Positions 48,189-57,922 of a stretch of 64,000 nt of DNA are shown here, in pieces. Positions within the stretch are counted from its first letter, which is position 1. The number at the start of each line of letters is the position of its first letter. Position numbers and translations under genes: made by a program. The notes under the pieces were generated by a model. The model did no database searches, was not told where the DNA came from, and was given only the letters and a program-made list of their open reading frames with translations. Source of the stretch: Planctomycetota bacterium (GTDB lineage: Bacteria; Planctomycetota; Phycisphaerae; WQYP01); assembly GCA_021808485.1 (NCBI GenBank), contig JAKBBN010000002.1, positions 1,369 to 65,368 on the forward strand, written 5' to 3'.

Positions 48189-50579
48189 ATGAGCATTGTG
48201 CGGAAAAAGTATGCCCGGTTGTCAACAGGCGGGGTGATGATCCGGTGCTTCCACGGATGCGGGCCAATTTGGTCGCTGGTCATTCCTTTGTTTATAAGCG
48301 GCATTGCCGCTGCCGCCCAGCCGCTGAATATCGTAGACACTGCCGCGAAACCCAGTACTGTTTCCAAAAAATTCAGCGCGATGAACTGGTCCACTGATCT
48401 ATTGGAGCAATCTGCACCGAGAAACGTCACGCAAACGGCATTCTGTCGTGAAATTAGCACGCCGGCATTTGTCCTGTGGATTCGTAACGCACCGGCGTCA
48501 CTTTGGCGACATGTGGCGGAAAGTTCCGCTTATTCCGGCGGAGAGCATCAATTTGCAGCGTGCCAATTGCTTGCCTCCCAGGCGATGCCGGGGGAAACAC
48601 TGGCATCGCTGAAAAAAAGTCTGGGCAAATGTACGTGGCTGTCCCGGAATCATATCTCGCGTGCGCAGCCGCCTGTGATGACCGCCGGCACACCGCGTTC
48701 GGCAATGGCGATACATCTGGGGCCCGCCGGAATAGTCTTCCTGGCATTTAACCAAGCTGTTTCAGCCGACGCGTTGTACGGGGCCCTCCATCATAAGAAA
48801 AGCAACATATCAACGATCGGCGTCACACTTGCGGCGGTTGGTTGGGGCGCGCCGGGCACAACGGCAAATACCCGTGGAAACGTGACACTTCGGCCGGCAT
48901 TTTGGCTTTCGATGCCGGGCGGCGGACAAAAAGCGGTTGGACGGTCATTATCAGCATGGGCACAAACAGCTTACAGCCCCCGGTGGAATACGGTATCGGC
49001 ATCCACCATTGCCGCACGGGTGTTTCTTACCATGCGCGTAAAGCCATGTGCACTCTGGCGGCGTATGGCAGATGACCGCCATTGTGCCCGGCGACAGAGA
49101 CTGTGGGCCGCCGACAACTATCTGCTTTGCACGATTCGGCCGGGTGATTCACTAAAGCAAGCCGCCAAGGCGTTTACGGGCGCTCCGCGGCTTGAACCGT
49201 CAATGGTTGAATCCGTTTCCATGTTCGACTTTCCTCCTGTTCCATTTTTCAGGCGCGACTTGCTGCGGCGAGGTTCTTTCTATTACATCAATGATGTGTG
49301 TATATCCCTTAACGGATTTATGTCCGCCAAGCAGTTGCGGTTATCCTTACGCAATGAAGGGCGTCAGAAATGGCGGCACGTGCGTGTGGTGGGTATTGAG
49401 TGGGACGGCGGTCCAATTGGCGAAACGTACCGTACAATCTCCAACCCTGGCGCCGCCGGAACCAAAACCGTAGAAACTTCCAACCTGCATACCATCATCA
49501 ATTTTAACGGCGGCAACGGGGCTAACCCGCATGGACGCATAATTTTTGACAGGGCTGGAAATTATTTTGGAACTACCACACGCGGCGGACCTAAAGGCGG
49601 CGGTACGGTATTCAGAATCACGCCGACCGGTAAACTTGCTACCTTAGCCACGCTGTCGAAGTCCAAGAGTGAGGATGTGCCTAATGGACTGGCAATTGAC
49701 AAGAATGGTAATTTATTCGGCGCAATCTTTGGTCTAAACCGAGGTGGAAACGGCGGCATTTTCAAATTAACCTCAGCCGGCATTTTCACCGTCTTGGTGA
49801 GCTTTAATCGTAAAGATCGCATGGCCGGCCCATCGGGCAGCCCGCTTCTTGACAGTGCCGGCAATATCTATGGAACAACGGCGTTGGGCGGTGATTCATA
49901 CTACCGGGGCGTCATTTTTAAGCTCACGCGAGCCGGGAAGTTGATGACATTGGTCAAGGTAGGTGACATTGGCGGTGACTTTCCGGAGGGGTGTATGGCT
50001 ATGGATAAATATGGTAATTTATATGGTACAACATCAAGGGGAGGTATTCATACGGCCGGCGATCCGTCCGGTTGTGGAATGATTTTTAAGTTAACCCCGC
50101 ACGATAAACTGATCGCGTTATTGAAATTTCGACAAAGTGATGGAGCGGATCCGAAGAGCGGCCTGATTATGGATCGACACGGAAATCTTTATGGAACAAC
50201 ATCCGAAGGCGGTATCCATAGTAATAATGTCGAGCGTACCGGATATGGGACGGTATTTAAATTCACCTCCTCAGGTAAGCTTATTACATTGGTAAACTTT
50301 AATGGTTATGACGGAGCCGCCCCGTTTGGTCGTCTGGCCAAGGCGCCGAACGGCGATTTGTATGGGGTAACTTCCTGGGGAGGTGCGTATGGCATGGGGA
50401 CGGTCTATAAGATTGGAATGGATGGAAAACAGAAGGTTCTTGTCAACTTTAACGGTGTCAACGGAGCAGACCCTGAGGGTGGATTAACTTTTGATAAGGC
50501 CGGCAATATATATGGAACAACTTCGTGGGGCGGATCACATGGCAAGGGCACAGTCTTTGTGCTGCCCGTACACAAATGA
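48189..50579 (+). CDS. secreted GloVer-type tandem-repeat (beta-propeller) protein with duplicated unknown N-terminal domain
   Basis: About 7 repeats of F.G.NGA.P..L..D..GNLYGTTS.GG...G.VFKL from aa ~432 onward. Confidence 0.88.
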   Translation: MSIVRKKYARLSTGGVMIRCFHGCGPIWSLVIPLFISGIAAAAQPLNIVDTAAKPSTVSKKFSAMNWSTDLLEQSAPRNVTQTAFCREISTPAFVLWIRNAPASLWRHVAESSAYSGGEHQFAACQLLASQAMPGETLASLKKSLGKCTWLSRNHISRAQPPVMTAGTPRSAMAIHLGPAGIVFLAFNQAVSADALYGALHHKKSNISTIGVTLAAVGWGAPGTTANTRGNVTLRPAFWLSMPGGGQKAVGRSLSAWAQTAYSPRWNTVSASTIAARVFLTMRVKPCALWRRMADDRHCARRQRLWAADNYLLCTIRPGDSLKQAAKAFTGAPRLEPSMVESVSMFDFPPVPFFRRDLLRRGSFYYINDVCISLNGFMSAKQLRLSLRNEGRQKWRHVRVVGIEWDGGPIGETYRTISNPGAAGTKTVETSNLHTIINFNGGNGANPHGRIIFDRAGNYFGTTTRGGPKGGGTVFRITPTGKLATLATLSKSKSEDVPNGLAIDKNGNLFGAIFGLNRGGNGGIFKLTSAGIFTVLVSFNRKDRMAGPSGSPLLDSAGNIYGTTALGGDSYYRGVIFKLTRAGKLMTLVKVGDIGGDFPEGCMAMDKYGNLYGTTSRGGIHTAGDPSGCGMIFKLTPHDKLIALLKFRQSDGADPKSGLIMDRHGNLYGTTSEGGIHSNNVERTGYGTVFKFTSSGKLITLVNFNGYDGAAPFGRLAKAPNGDLYGVTSWGGAYGMGTVYKIGMDGKQKVLVNFNGVNGADPEGGLTFDKAGNIYGTTSWGGSHGKGTVFVLPVHK

Positions 50580-50660
50580 GAACGGTAGAAAGTGACGCGC
50601 AAGACGGTCCCACCAGAAAGGCCGAAAGCACTGGCGGCGCATTGGGATTGGCAACACCCA

Positions 50661-50669
50661 TGGTATACT
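50661..50669 (+). promoter_or_regulatory. extended -10 promoter upstream of the structured RNA
   Basis: TGgTATACT. Confidence 0.55.
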
Positions 50670-50685
50670 TCCTTCAGCAGGCTTT

Positions 50686-50899
50686 GGATCAGGACCGGTG
50701 GCCGTTGAAGCCGCTTGGAAAACCGGGGGCGTGACTTCGTGAGTCGGCCGGACGGGCTATCCAAAAACAGGCCCGACGGCAATTACCCCTTCGAGCTTTA
50801 GTAGGCTCCACCGGGCGGGCCGTGGGCTGGCCAGATACGATCGCGGGCTCGAAGCCCATAAGCATAATCGACCGGCTCCGAACTAATCGGCCCTGATTC
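50686..50899 (+). ncRNA. structured non-coding RNA, 6S (SsrS)-like candidate
   Basis: 5' GGAUCAGGACCGGU..AGCCG pairs with 3' CGGCU..AUCGGCCCUGAUUC; internal stems gacu/aguc, gggc/gccc, cuucgagc/gcucgaag; promoter just upstream; no credible ORF. Confidence 0.5.
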
Positions 50900-51153
50900 A
50901 TCCCCGCGGTTTAATTACGAACCGTTATACCCGGTATGACAACGGATCAACGCTTTCCATTTTACACCCGCCGGAAGGCTATCCGTCGTCCGAGCCAGGG
51001 GCAACGGCAGCATGACGCCGCCGGTCGTTCCGCCGACAGCGATCCGACGCATTCAGCGGAATGCCGGGCAAATTTCATGGTTTGGCCTTGGCAGAATATC
51101 CGCCTGCGGCGTATACTGCTGCGTTCTAAATTTGGCGGCCCGGAGCAGTCTGA

Positions 51154-51873
51154 ATGAAAAGCGAAGAACGGCACGAACTACAGCAAAATGACCTTGTCGG
51201 CAGCCTTGCCGGCCTGTACATATTCCTGCGTAAATACGGCGTTTACATTCTGCTGGTTGCAGCTTTGTGCGTACTGGCGGTGGAAGTTGTGCATATTCGG
51301 CGGCAGGCGGCGCAGGCAAAACTGCAAAGCGCCTGGATCGCCCTGCAAAATGCCGTTTCACCGCATCAATTGCAGACCACCGTATTGGATAAATACAAAT
51401 TCCCCGCCGTTGACGCCCGGGCCTACGTAAAAATCGGCGCCATTTATCTGCAAGCGGCGGGCAATACTTATCTGGCGTCATCAAAGCGATTCAAGCCTAC
51501 CCGCGCCCAGGCGATAGCCGGGGCAAAAATTGCGTTTAAAAAGGTAATTGCGGACTATCCGGGGCAGCAGCTTGCGGTTGTGCGCAGCAAGCTGGGGCTG
51601 GCACTGGCCTATGAAGACGCCGGCCAATGGGCCAAGGCCGCGACGATCTATCGTGCGTTCGCCCGCAAGGGGGCTACCGCCATGGAAAAATCCTTCGCCC
51701 CGCTGGCCGCGTATCGACTGGCGCACCTGTCCAACTGGCGGTCGCCGGTGCTGGCGGGTCCGGCGATTGATTTGTCCATGCCGAAGGCCGCCCCGGCCGC
51801 GGCAAAATCCGCGGCAACACAAGCAGGAAAATCGCCGGCCGCAGCGAGCATGCCGGCGACGACAGGCCGGTGA
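51154..51873 (+). CDS. YfgM-like single-TM TPR protein
   Basis: MKSEERHELQQNDL, TM, then TPR-like helices (F.KVI..YP, KLGLALAYE..G.W..A...Y). Confidence 0.85.
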   Translation: MKSEERHELQQNDLVGSLAGLYIFLRKYGVYILLVAALCVLAVEVVHIRRQAAQAKLQSAWIALQNAVSPHQLQTTVLDKYKFPAVDARAYVKIGAIYLQAAGNTYLASSKRFKPTRAQAIAGAKIAFKKVIADYPGQQLAVVRSKLGLALAYEDAGQWAKAATIYRAFARKGATAMEKSFAPLAAYRLAHLSNWRSPVLAGPAIDLSMPKAAPAAAKSAATQAGKSPAAASMPATTGR

Positions 51874-51933
51874 ATATACGCGGCCGTCATGCGCCGTTCC
51901 AGGCGCCGCCGGATCATGGAGAGGCATTTTAGC

Positions 51934-52578
51934 ATGGCAACGCCGTCCCCCGCCGATCTTTCCGGACTCACAATTCAGGCGTTTTTGAACGCCCTGGCGG
52001 ATAAGACGCCCACGCCCGGCGGCGGCTCGGTTGCGGCCATTGTCGGCAGCCTGGCCGGTGCGCAATTACGCATGACCATTGCATATACCCTGGGCAGGAA
52101 AAAATTCGCCGCCGTTGAGCCGCTGATGCAGTCCACCGCCGAAGCCGTCGATCAAATTACCGCCGAATTTCTGCAGCTTATGCAACAGGATGCGGCCGCC
52201 TATGAATCGCTCGCCGGATATCTAAAAATGCCGCCGGAGCAGCGGACACAGAAAGCCGATTTTTCACGCGCCGCCCGACAGGCCATTGATGTTCCCCTGA
52301 AATGCGCCCACGCGGCCCGCCAACTCATTGATCATGCCGCGGCAATTGCGGATAAGATCAATCCCCATCTTATTTCCGATCTGGGTGTGGCTGTCAGCCT
52401 TGCCGGCGGCGTTCTGGCGTGCTGCGAATTAAACGTACGCGTCAATCTTCCCATTCTGCCGGACAAAAATGCGGCGGCCGCCTGTGCGCAGGAAATGCAT
52501 CAGTTGCGGCGGCATGCCCAGGAAACGGCGGACCTGGTCGACCGGCAGGTACGTGTCATCATGCCGGCGGCGGATTGA
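51934..52578 (+). CDS. cyclodeaminase/cyclohydrolase (FTCD C-terminal) family protein
   Basis: FL..LA...PTPGGGSVAA, D..AY, VPL, NPHLISD, NVRVNL. Confidence 0.9.
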   Translation: MATPSPADLSGLTIQAFLNALADKTPTPGGGSVAAIVGSLAGAQLRMTIAYTLGRKKFAAVEPLMQSTAEAVDQITAEFLQLMQQDAAAYESLAGYLKMPPEQRTQKADFSRAARQAIDVPLKCAHAARQLIDHAAAIADKINPHLISDLGVAVSLAGGVLACCELNVRVNLPILPDKNAAAACAQEMHQLRRHAQETADLVDRQVRVIMPAAD

Positions 52579-52617
52579 GTTGCCGCGGCATCCGGCTATT
52601 ATGACGGGATCATTTGA

Positions 52618-53223
52618 ATGGTTCACTCCCCGGGCAAATCCAAACCGAATCAGCCGATGCAAAGCAGAATGCCGCGATCTTCCGCCGTCGCCGCGGCCGC
52701 ACCGCCGGCGCCATGGGACGAGCACTTCATGTCCGCGGCCCTGCAACTTGCCGACAATGCCGCGGCCCACGGCGACATTCCCGTGGGCGCCGTGGTGGTG
52801 CAGCACAAGTCGCACCTGCCAAAAGCCGCCGGCGGCAGACCCGCGGATGCCATACCGGTCATCATCAGCGAAGGGGAAAATCGCCGCCAGCGCGATGCGG
52901 ACCCCACCGCCCATGCGGAAATTCTGGCGCTGAAAGCGGCCGGTGAAAAGCTGGGGCGCTGGCAGCTCGCGGACTGTGATTTATATGTCACACTCGAACC
53001 CTGTCCGATGTGTGCCGGCGCACTGGTGAACGCCCGGATCGGCCGGGTCATTTTCGCCTGCACGGATCCGAAGGCCGGAGCCGTGGAAACATTGTTTAAA
53101 TTAACCAGTGATCCGCGGCTGAATCATCGGGTGCAGTGGACCGGCGGCATCTGTGCGGCGCAAGCCGCGGCCGCGCTTAAAAAATTTTTCGCACCGCGGC
53201 GAAGAAAAAAACGCGCGGGATAG
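52618..53223 (+). CDS. tadA: tRNA adenosine(34) deaminase
   Basis: PVGAVVV, DPTAHAEI, LYVTLEPCPMCAGA, DPKAGA, RLNH; start uncertain. Confidence 0.93.
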   Translation: MVHSPGKSKPNQPMQSRMPRSSAVAAAAPPAPWDEHFMSAALQLADNAAAHGDIPVGAVVVQHKSHLPKAAGGRPADAIPVIISEGENRRQRDADPTAHAEILALKAAGEKLGRWQLADCDLYVTLEPCPMCAGALVNARIGRVIFACTDPKAGAVETLFKLTSDPRLNHRVQWTGGICAAQAAAALKKFFAPRRRKKRAG

Positions 53224-53239
53224 CGCACCTGAGGGGCGT

Positions 53240-54238
53240 TTAAATCCTGGATTCGACCGCATCAACAAGGCGGCGAACGGCCGCATCCACCGGACCGGAA
53301 AGCCGGCAACCGGCGGCACGCGCATGACCGCCGCCGCCGAACGCGGCACACACGGCATTGACGTCCACCCGGCCCTTGCTGCGCAAGCTGGCGCGAAATT
53401 TATTGTCATCCGCTTCGGACAGGCAGGCGGACACTTCCACCTCCCCCACGGACAGCGGCATATCCACCAGCCCCTCGGTTTGCCACGGCTGGACATGGCA
53501 TTCCGCCATGTCGCTTTTCAGGATATACGTCATCGCCAATTTACCCGCGGAAAACCACTGCAGATGTTCCAGCGCCCTTTTCATCAGGTCCAGTTTGGAA
53601 CGGCTTTCCTGCTGGGCGGTTAATGCATACACGTCGCTGGGCGATGCGCCGGCTTCGATTAATTCCGCCGCTAGCCGGTGGGTGGAGGCACGCACGGAAT
53701 CAAACCGGAACCAACCGGTATCCGCAACAAGCCCCGCCAGCAGGGCGACCGCCGTCGGCGGATCCAGCGGCACATTCATCCGCCGGTACACATCCGCCAC
53801 CATCTCCACGCAAGCGGGCACATCGGTATTGCGGACAAGAATCGCGTGCGGCAGATCACCGGTGAGGTGATGGTCCAGAATAATAATTTTTTCCGCCATG
53901 GTGCGGAGCAAATCCGCGGCAGGCTCCAGTTGCATGGGCGCACTGGTATCCACCACCGCTATTAAATCCATCTGCGGAAGATTGGCCCGGCCCCATTCCG
54001 GCGTGTAATCCGCAAAGCCGAAGCCCCCGTCCGCCAGCAAAAATTTCAGCGGAGCAGGTACGGCGGAAAGACTCACCAGCACAACCTTTTTTCCCAGTCC
54101 GGTTAAGAGCCGGCACAAGGCGACCTGCGAACCCAACGCATCGGCATCCGGACGAATGTGGGTGAAAACAGCGGCATGCCGCGCGGCTTTCAAGCGGTTG
54201 ATCCAGGCCGTCATGGCCGTTGCAATGTCTGCGGTCAT
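53240..54238 (-). CDS. nrnA: DHH/DHHA1 oligoribonuclease / PAP phosphatase
   Basis: HIRPDADALGS, LDHH, DTGWF, SLRS, GGGGHARAAG. Confidence 0.92.
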   Translation of the reverse strand: MTADIATAMTAWINRLKAARHAAVFTHIRPDADALGSQVALCRLLTGLGKKVVLVSLSAVPAPLKFLLADGGFGFADYTPEWGRANLPQMDLIAVVDTSAPMQLEPAADLLRTMAEKIIILDHHLTGDLPHAILVRNTDVPACVEMVADVYRRMNVPLDPPTAVALLAGLVADTGWFRFDSVRASTHRLAAELIEAGASPSDVYALTAQQESRSKLDLMKRALEHLQWFSAGKLAMTYILKSDMAECHVQPWQTEGLVDMPLSVGEVEVSACLSEADDNKFRASLRSKGRVDVNAVCAAFGGGGHARAAGCRLSGPVDAAVRRLVDAVESRI

Positions 54239-54254
54239 TGGGTCTCCTGTCTGC

Positions 54255-55244
54255 TTAAACATTTACGGCGGCGGCGGTCGGCGGCCCCGGCGGGAAAGAT
54301 GACATATTGCGTGCCTTAAGTACATCGGAAATTTTACGTACATCGTGTGCTATCTGCCGACGAAGCGCCTCCGCATCGGCAAAAACCTGCTGATCGCGCA
54401 CAAACATGGCGAACGCCAGATCCACCGTTCGGCCGTACAGGTCCTGGTCAAAATCCAGCAGGAACGCCTCCACCCGGCGCTGCTGTCCTTGAAACGTCGG
54501 ATTAGTCCCGATGCTGACAGCCGCCTGACAGACAGTCCCGGCCGTTACCGCCCATCCGCCGTAAACCCCATCCGCCGGAATAAGCTGCGAGGTTTGCAGA
54601 TTAACGGTGGGATAGCCAAGCAATCGCCCGCGCCGGTCTCCCTGTTCCACCTGCCCGCGCAGCGTGAACGGCCGGCCCAGCAGAACGGCGGCATCCTGCA
54701 TGCGGCCATGGCCCACCAGCCAGCGAATCAGCGAGCTGCTGACATTCACCAGCGTTTGATCCGCCAGAGCCGCCTCCTGCGTGGGCACAACCATGGCCTT
54801 CCAGCCGAACCGCGCCGCATTTTCCATGAGCGTGTCAACCGTTCCGGCGGCGCCTTTGCCAAACGTAAAATTGGCACCCTCCACCAGGCAGCTGACGGCG
54901 AACTGTTCCCGGAGCACGCCGGCCATGAACGCCTCGGCCGTCATGTCCAGTAATTCCGCATTGGTGCGGTACAACACAACGGCATCGGGCGAAAATGATT
55001 CCAATGCCTCCAGTCGCTGCTCCAGCGTCATCAGCGGCGGCCGCGGGGCGGCGGGTTTTAAAATGTTCATCGGGTGCGGATCAAACGTCATGATCACGAA
55101 CGGTCGATTGCGCTCCACGGCGATCCGCCGGCCAGCGGCCAGCATTCGCGCATGGCCCCTGTGGACACCGTCAAAATTGCCGATGCACATGACGCCGCCG
55201 CGCCATTGGGGTAAAAAATCGGCCGACGTGTGAATGACTTTCAT
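54255..55244 (-). CDS. ribF: bifunctional riboflavin kinase/FAD synthetase
   Basis: IGNFDGVHRGH, TFDPHP, SSSLIR, GRLLGYPTVN, GTNPTF, VEAFLLDF. Confidence 0.95.
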   Translation of the reverse strand: MKVIHTSADFLPQWRGGVMCIGNFDGVHRGHARMLAAGRRIAVERNRPFVIMTFDPHPMNILKPAAPRPPLMTLEQRLEALESFSPDAVVLYRTNAELLDMTAEAFMAGVLREQFAVSCLVEGANFTFGKGAAGTVDTLMENAARFGWKAMVVPTQEAALADQTLVNVSSSLIRWLVGHGRMQDAAVLLGRPFTLRGQVEQGDRRGRLLGYPTVNLQTSQLIPADGVYGGWAVTAGTVCQAAVSIGTNPTFQGQQRRVEAFLLDFDQDLYGRTVDLAFAMFVRDQQVFADAEALRRQIAHDVRKISDVLKARNMSSFPPGPPTAAAVNV

Positions 55245-55295
55245 TCCGGCAGTATAGTCGGGCGCATAAATTAATTTCAAATTGCCGCTATGCGG

Positions 55296-56582
55296 TTAAA
55301 TCAGCATGGCCAGCGGATTTTCCAGTATACCCTTGAGCCGGCTTAAAAATTCCGCCGCCAGTGCGCCGTCGACCACGCGATGATCCGATGAGAGCGACAA
55401 CGTCATGACCTGCGCCGGAACCACCTGCCCGTTTTTTACCACCGGTCGCGCTTCGGTTCCGCCCACGGCCAGAATTGACGCCTCGGGAGGATTGACAATG
55501 GCCTGGAATTCGCGGATGCCGTACATCCCCAAATTGCTTATCGTAAACGTGCTGCCGCCCATCTGGCCGGCCTTGAGTTTGCGGGTTCTGGCCAAGTCGG
55601 CAAGTTCCTTGATCTCCGCGGATATCTGCCGGATTCCTTTGGTTTGGGCGTCGCGCACCACCGGCACCACCAGCCCGTCATCAATTGCCACGGCGATTCC
55701 CAGGTGCACCGTCCCATGCTGCACAATGGCCGTGGGTGTAAAGCTCGCATTAATGGCCGGCGTCTGGGAAATGGCGGTGGCCACCGCTTTGGCGATAAAG
55801 TCCGTCACGCTGAGCTTCACCGGGGCAAGCTGCTCATTGGCCGCTTTGCGCAGTGAAAGCAGTGCGTCCATCTGCACATCAATGGATACATAAAAATGCG
55901 GAATTGTCTGTTTGGCTTCCAGCAGCCGCCGGGCAATGGTCTGCCGGATGCTGGACAACGGAATGGTTTTCGCTTCCAGAACCGCGACCGGTGCAGCTGC
56001 GGCCGATCGCTTCGCCACGGGGGCGCCGCCGGTGGATGCGGAAAGCACATCCCGTTTGATAATTCGACCGTCCGGACCGCTGCCTTGCAGGCCGGACAGG
56101 TTTACGCCCATTTCCTGAGCAATCTTTTTCGCCAACGGCGAAATACGCCCGGTCTGGCGCCCGTCCGCCGGCGCCGGGGCTGATGCCGCTGCGGGAGCCG
56201 GAGCGGCGGTTACAACCGGCGCGGGGGCCGGTGCGGGAATCGGGACAGCGGCCGGTGCGGATGTCGCTGGTGCTGCAGCTGCCGGCGCGGCGGCCTTCAC
56301 CGAACTAGTCGCCACTCCTTTGGCCACCGCGGCTACATCCTCCCCCGGTTTGGCCAACACCACAATTAAACCGCCCACCGGAACTTTTCCACCTTCCGGG
56401 ATCACGATTTTAGCCACGGTCCCGGCTTCAAACGCCTCCAGTTCCTGAGTCGCCTTGTCCGTCTCGACCTCCGCAAGGATGTCGCCGGGTTTAATCGCTT
56501 CATTTTCCTTTTTAACCCAGCGAACAAGTGTGCCGTCTGTCATGGTGTCGGAAAGCTTGGGCATGGTAATTTCAATGGGCAT
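55296..56582 (-). CDS. pdhC: pyruvate dehydrogenase E2 (one lipoyl domain)
   Basis: MPKLSDTM, VETDKA, ISPLAKKIA..GSGPDGRI, TISNLGM, DHRVVDG. Confidence 0.95.
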   Translation of the reverse strand: MPIEITMPKLSDTMTDGTLVRWVKKENEAIKPGDILAEVETDKATQELEAFEAGTVAKIVIPEGGKVPVGGLIVVLAKPGEDVAAVAKGVATSSVKAAAPAAAAPATSAPAAVPIPAPAPAPVVTAAPAPAAASAPAPADGRQTGRISPLAKKIAQEMGVNLSGLQGSGPDGRIIKRDVLSASTGGAPVAKRSAAAAPVAVLEAKTIPLSSIRQTIARRLLEAKQTIPHFYVSIDVQMDALLSLRKAANEQLAPVKLSVTDFIAKAVATAISQTPAINASFTPTAIVQHGTVHLGIAVAIDDGLVVPVVRDAQTKGIRQISAEIKELADLARTRKLKAGQMGGSTFTISNLGMYGIREFQAIVNPPEASILAVGGTEARPVVKNGQVVPAQVMTLSLSSDHRVVDGALAAEFLSRLKGILENPLAMLI

Positions 56583-56710
56583 TTTGGGTCCTTTAATCGC
56601 CTTCTTCAGTCCGCGCATCGGACCGGAACATTGCTATAGTGTAGCCCGGTTTGGCCGGTACGTTAAGCGCCACGGCGACTTCGGCGGGTCGACCATCCGC
56701 CGCCGCGACT

Positions 56711-57922
56711 TTACAGAAGATCAAAGGACTCCAGCCTGCACTTTTGTTCCCGTTCATACATGGTCAATAATCTCTGCCGCAGGGCGCCATGGTCCGGCGC
56801 ATAGGCGCTGAAATTCGCCGCCACATCCGTCAACAACCGCACCAGTCCGAAAAAATCATCCAGGTGAATCGTTTCCGCCGCAATATGCGCGCCGGCTGTC
56901 GGTATTGCCGCCGGGGAGTCCGCGTCGGCCATGTTGTGATAATTGCCCAGCGCCAGGCAAACCGCCGCAGCATCATACCCGAAGGCCGCAAACGCCGTTG
57001 AATCGCAGGTTCCGCCGTCCATCAACTGCCGCTGAAAGGCAAACGCGTTGTCCTGATCGGCAATCCCGCCGGCACGCATCGAAATAAATCGCGTCAGCGA
57101 CGGGCTGAATGTCATTGTTTTATCCCCCACACGAATCACCGGCCCGCGTCCCTGAGGGGCATGCGGCATTGCCCGGCTGGTTTCAATGCCGATAACGGCA
57201 CAGCCGGCGGGAATCAATTCGCGGACGGCCGCGGCCAGCGCGCCGGCAAAACCGACCTCTTCCGCCCGGGTCAGCAAAAGACGGACATTCGCCGCAACCT
57301 TCCCGTCGATCAACCGGTCAAGTACATACAGCCCCACCGCCGCGCCGGCGAGGTCGTCGCATACGCGGGCGGCAAACATCCGATCAAGGCAATGCGAATC
57401 GGGTAAAGCCCACATCCCTATGCTGCCCGGCCCAATACGCCGCACCTGCTCCGGCAGACATTCCGGCAGCCAGGCGAGCTTGGCGCGAATCGGCGACGTG
57501 CCGGAGGCGGCCTCCACCGCCGCCACCCGCGCCGGCAACCAGCGGCCCGCAGGCAGCAACGGCTGATCATGCGGCAATTTCAAGGCGGCGTCCGGCAGCC
57601 AGAATTGCACCTTGGCCCCGGCAAAACAGCTCGGTTTAACTCCCCCGCGAAAAATAGCCGTGAATTCGCCGTCCGCACCGCACGCCTCCACCAGGAAGCC
57701 GGGGTGATCCATATGGGCTTCCAGCACCAGTTCCGGCACATGGTCCGCCGCGGCGCGGTATAAAAGATGCAGATTGCCGACGGCATCCGTGCGCACCTCA
57801 ATCGCGGATTTCCGCTCCGGGGATCCGGCCCAGTGCCGGATATACGCCACGACGTATGCTTCCGCATAAGGTGCGGTGGGAACATCGCACAGACCGGCGA
57901 GAATTGTCAGATCTTCGCTCAT
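56711..57922 (-). CDS. M20/M28/M42-type metallopeptidase
   Basis: AHMDHPG, CDDLAG, AEEVG, IETS, GGTCD, NYHN. Confidence 0.85.
   Translation of the reverse strand: MSEDLTILAGLCDVPTAPYAEAYVVAYIRHWAGSPERKSAIEVRTDAVGNLHLLYRAAADHVPELVLEAHMDHPGFLVEACGADGEFTAIFRGGVKPSCFAGAKVQFWLPDAALKLPHDQPLLPAGRWLPARVAAVEAASGTSPIRAKLAWLPECLPEQVRRIGPGSIGMWALPDSHCLDRMFAARVCDDLAGAAVGLYVLDRLIDGKVAANVRLLLTRAEEVGFAGALAAAVRELIPAGCAVIGIETSRAMPHAPQGRGPVIRVGDKTMTFSPSLTRFISMRAGGIADQDNAFAFQRQLMDGGTCDSTAFAAFGYDAAAVCLALGNYHNMADADSPAAIPTAGAHIAAETIHLDDFFGLVRLLTDVAANFSAYAPDHGALRQRLLTMYEREQKCRLESFDLL

Noticed and set aside
49482-50570. CRISPR or DGR-like nucleotide repeats
   Set aside because: The repeats are degenerate protein-coding GloVer units; no spacers, cas genes or reverse transcriptase in the window
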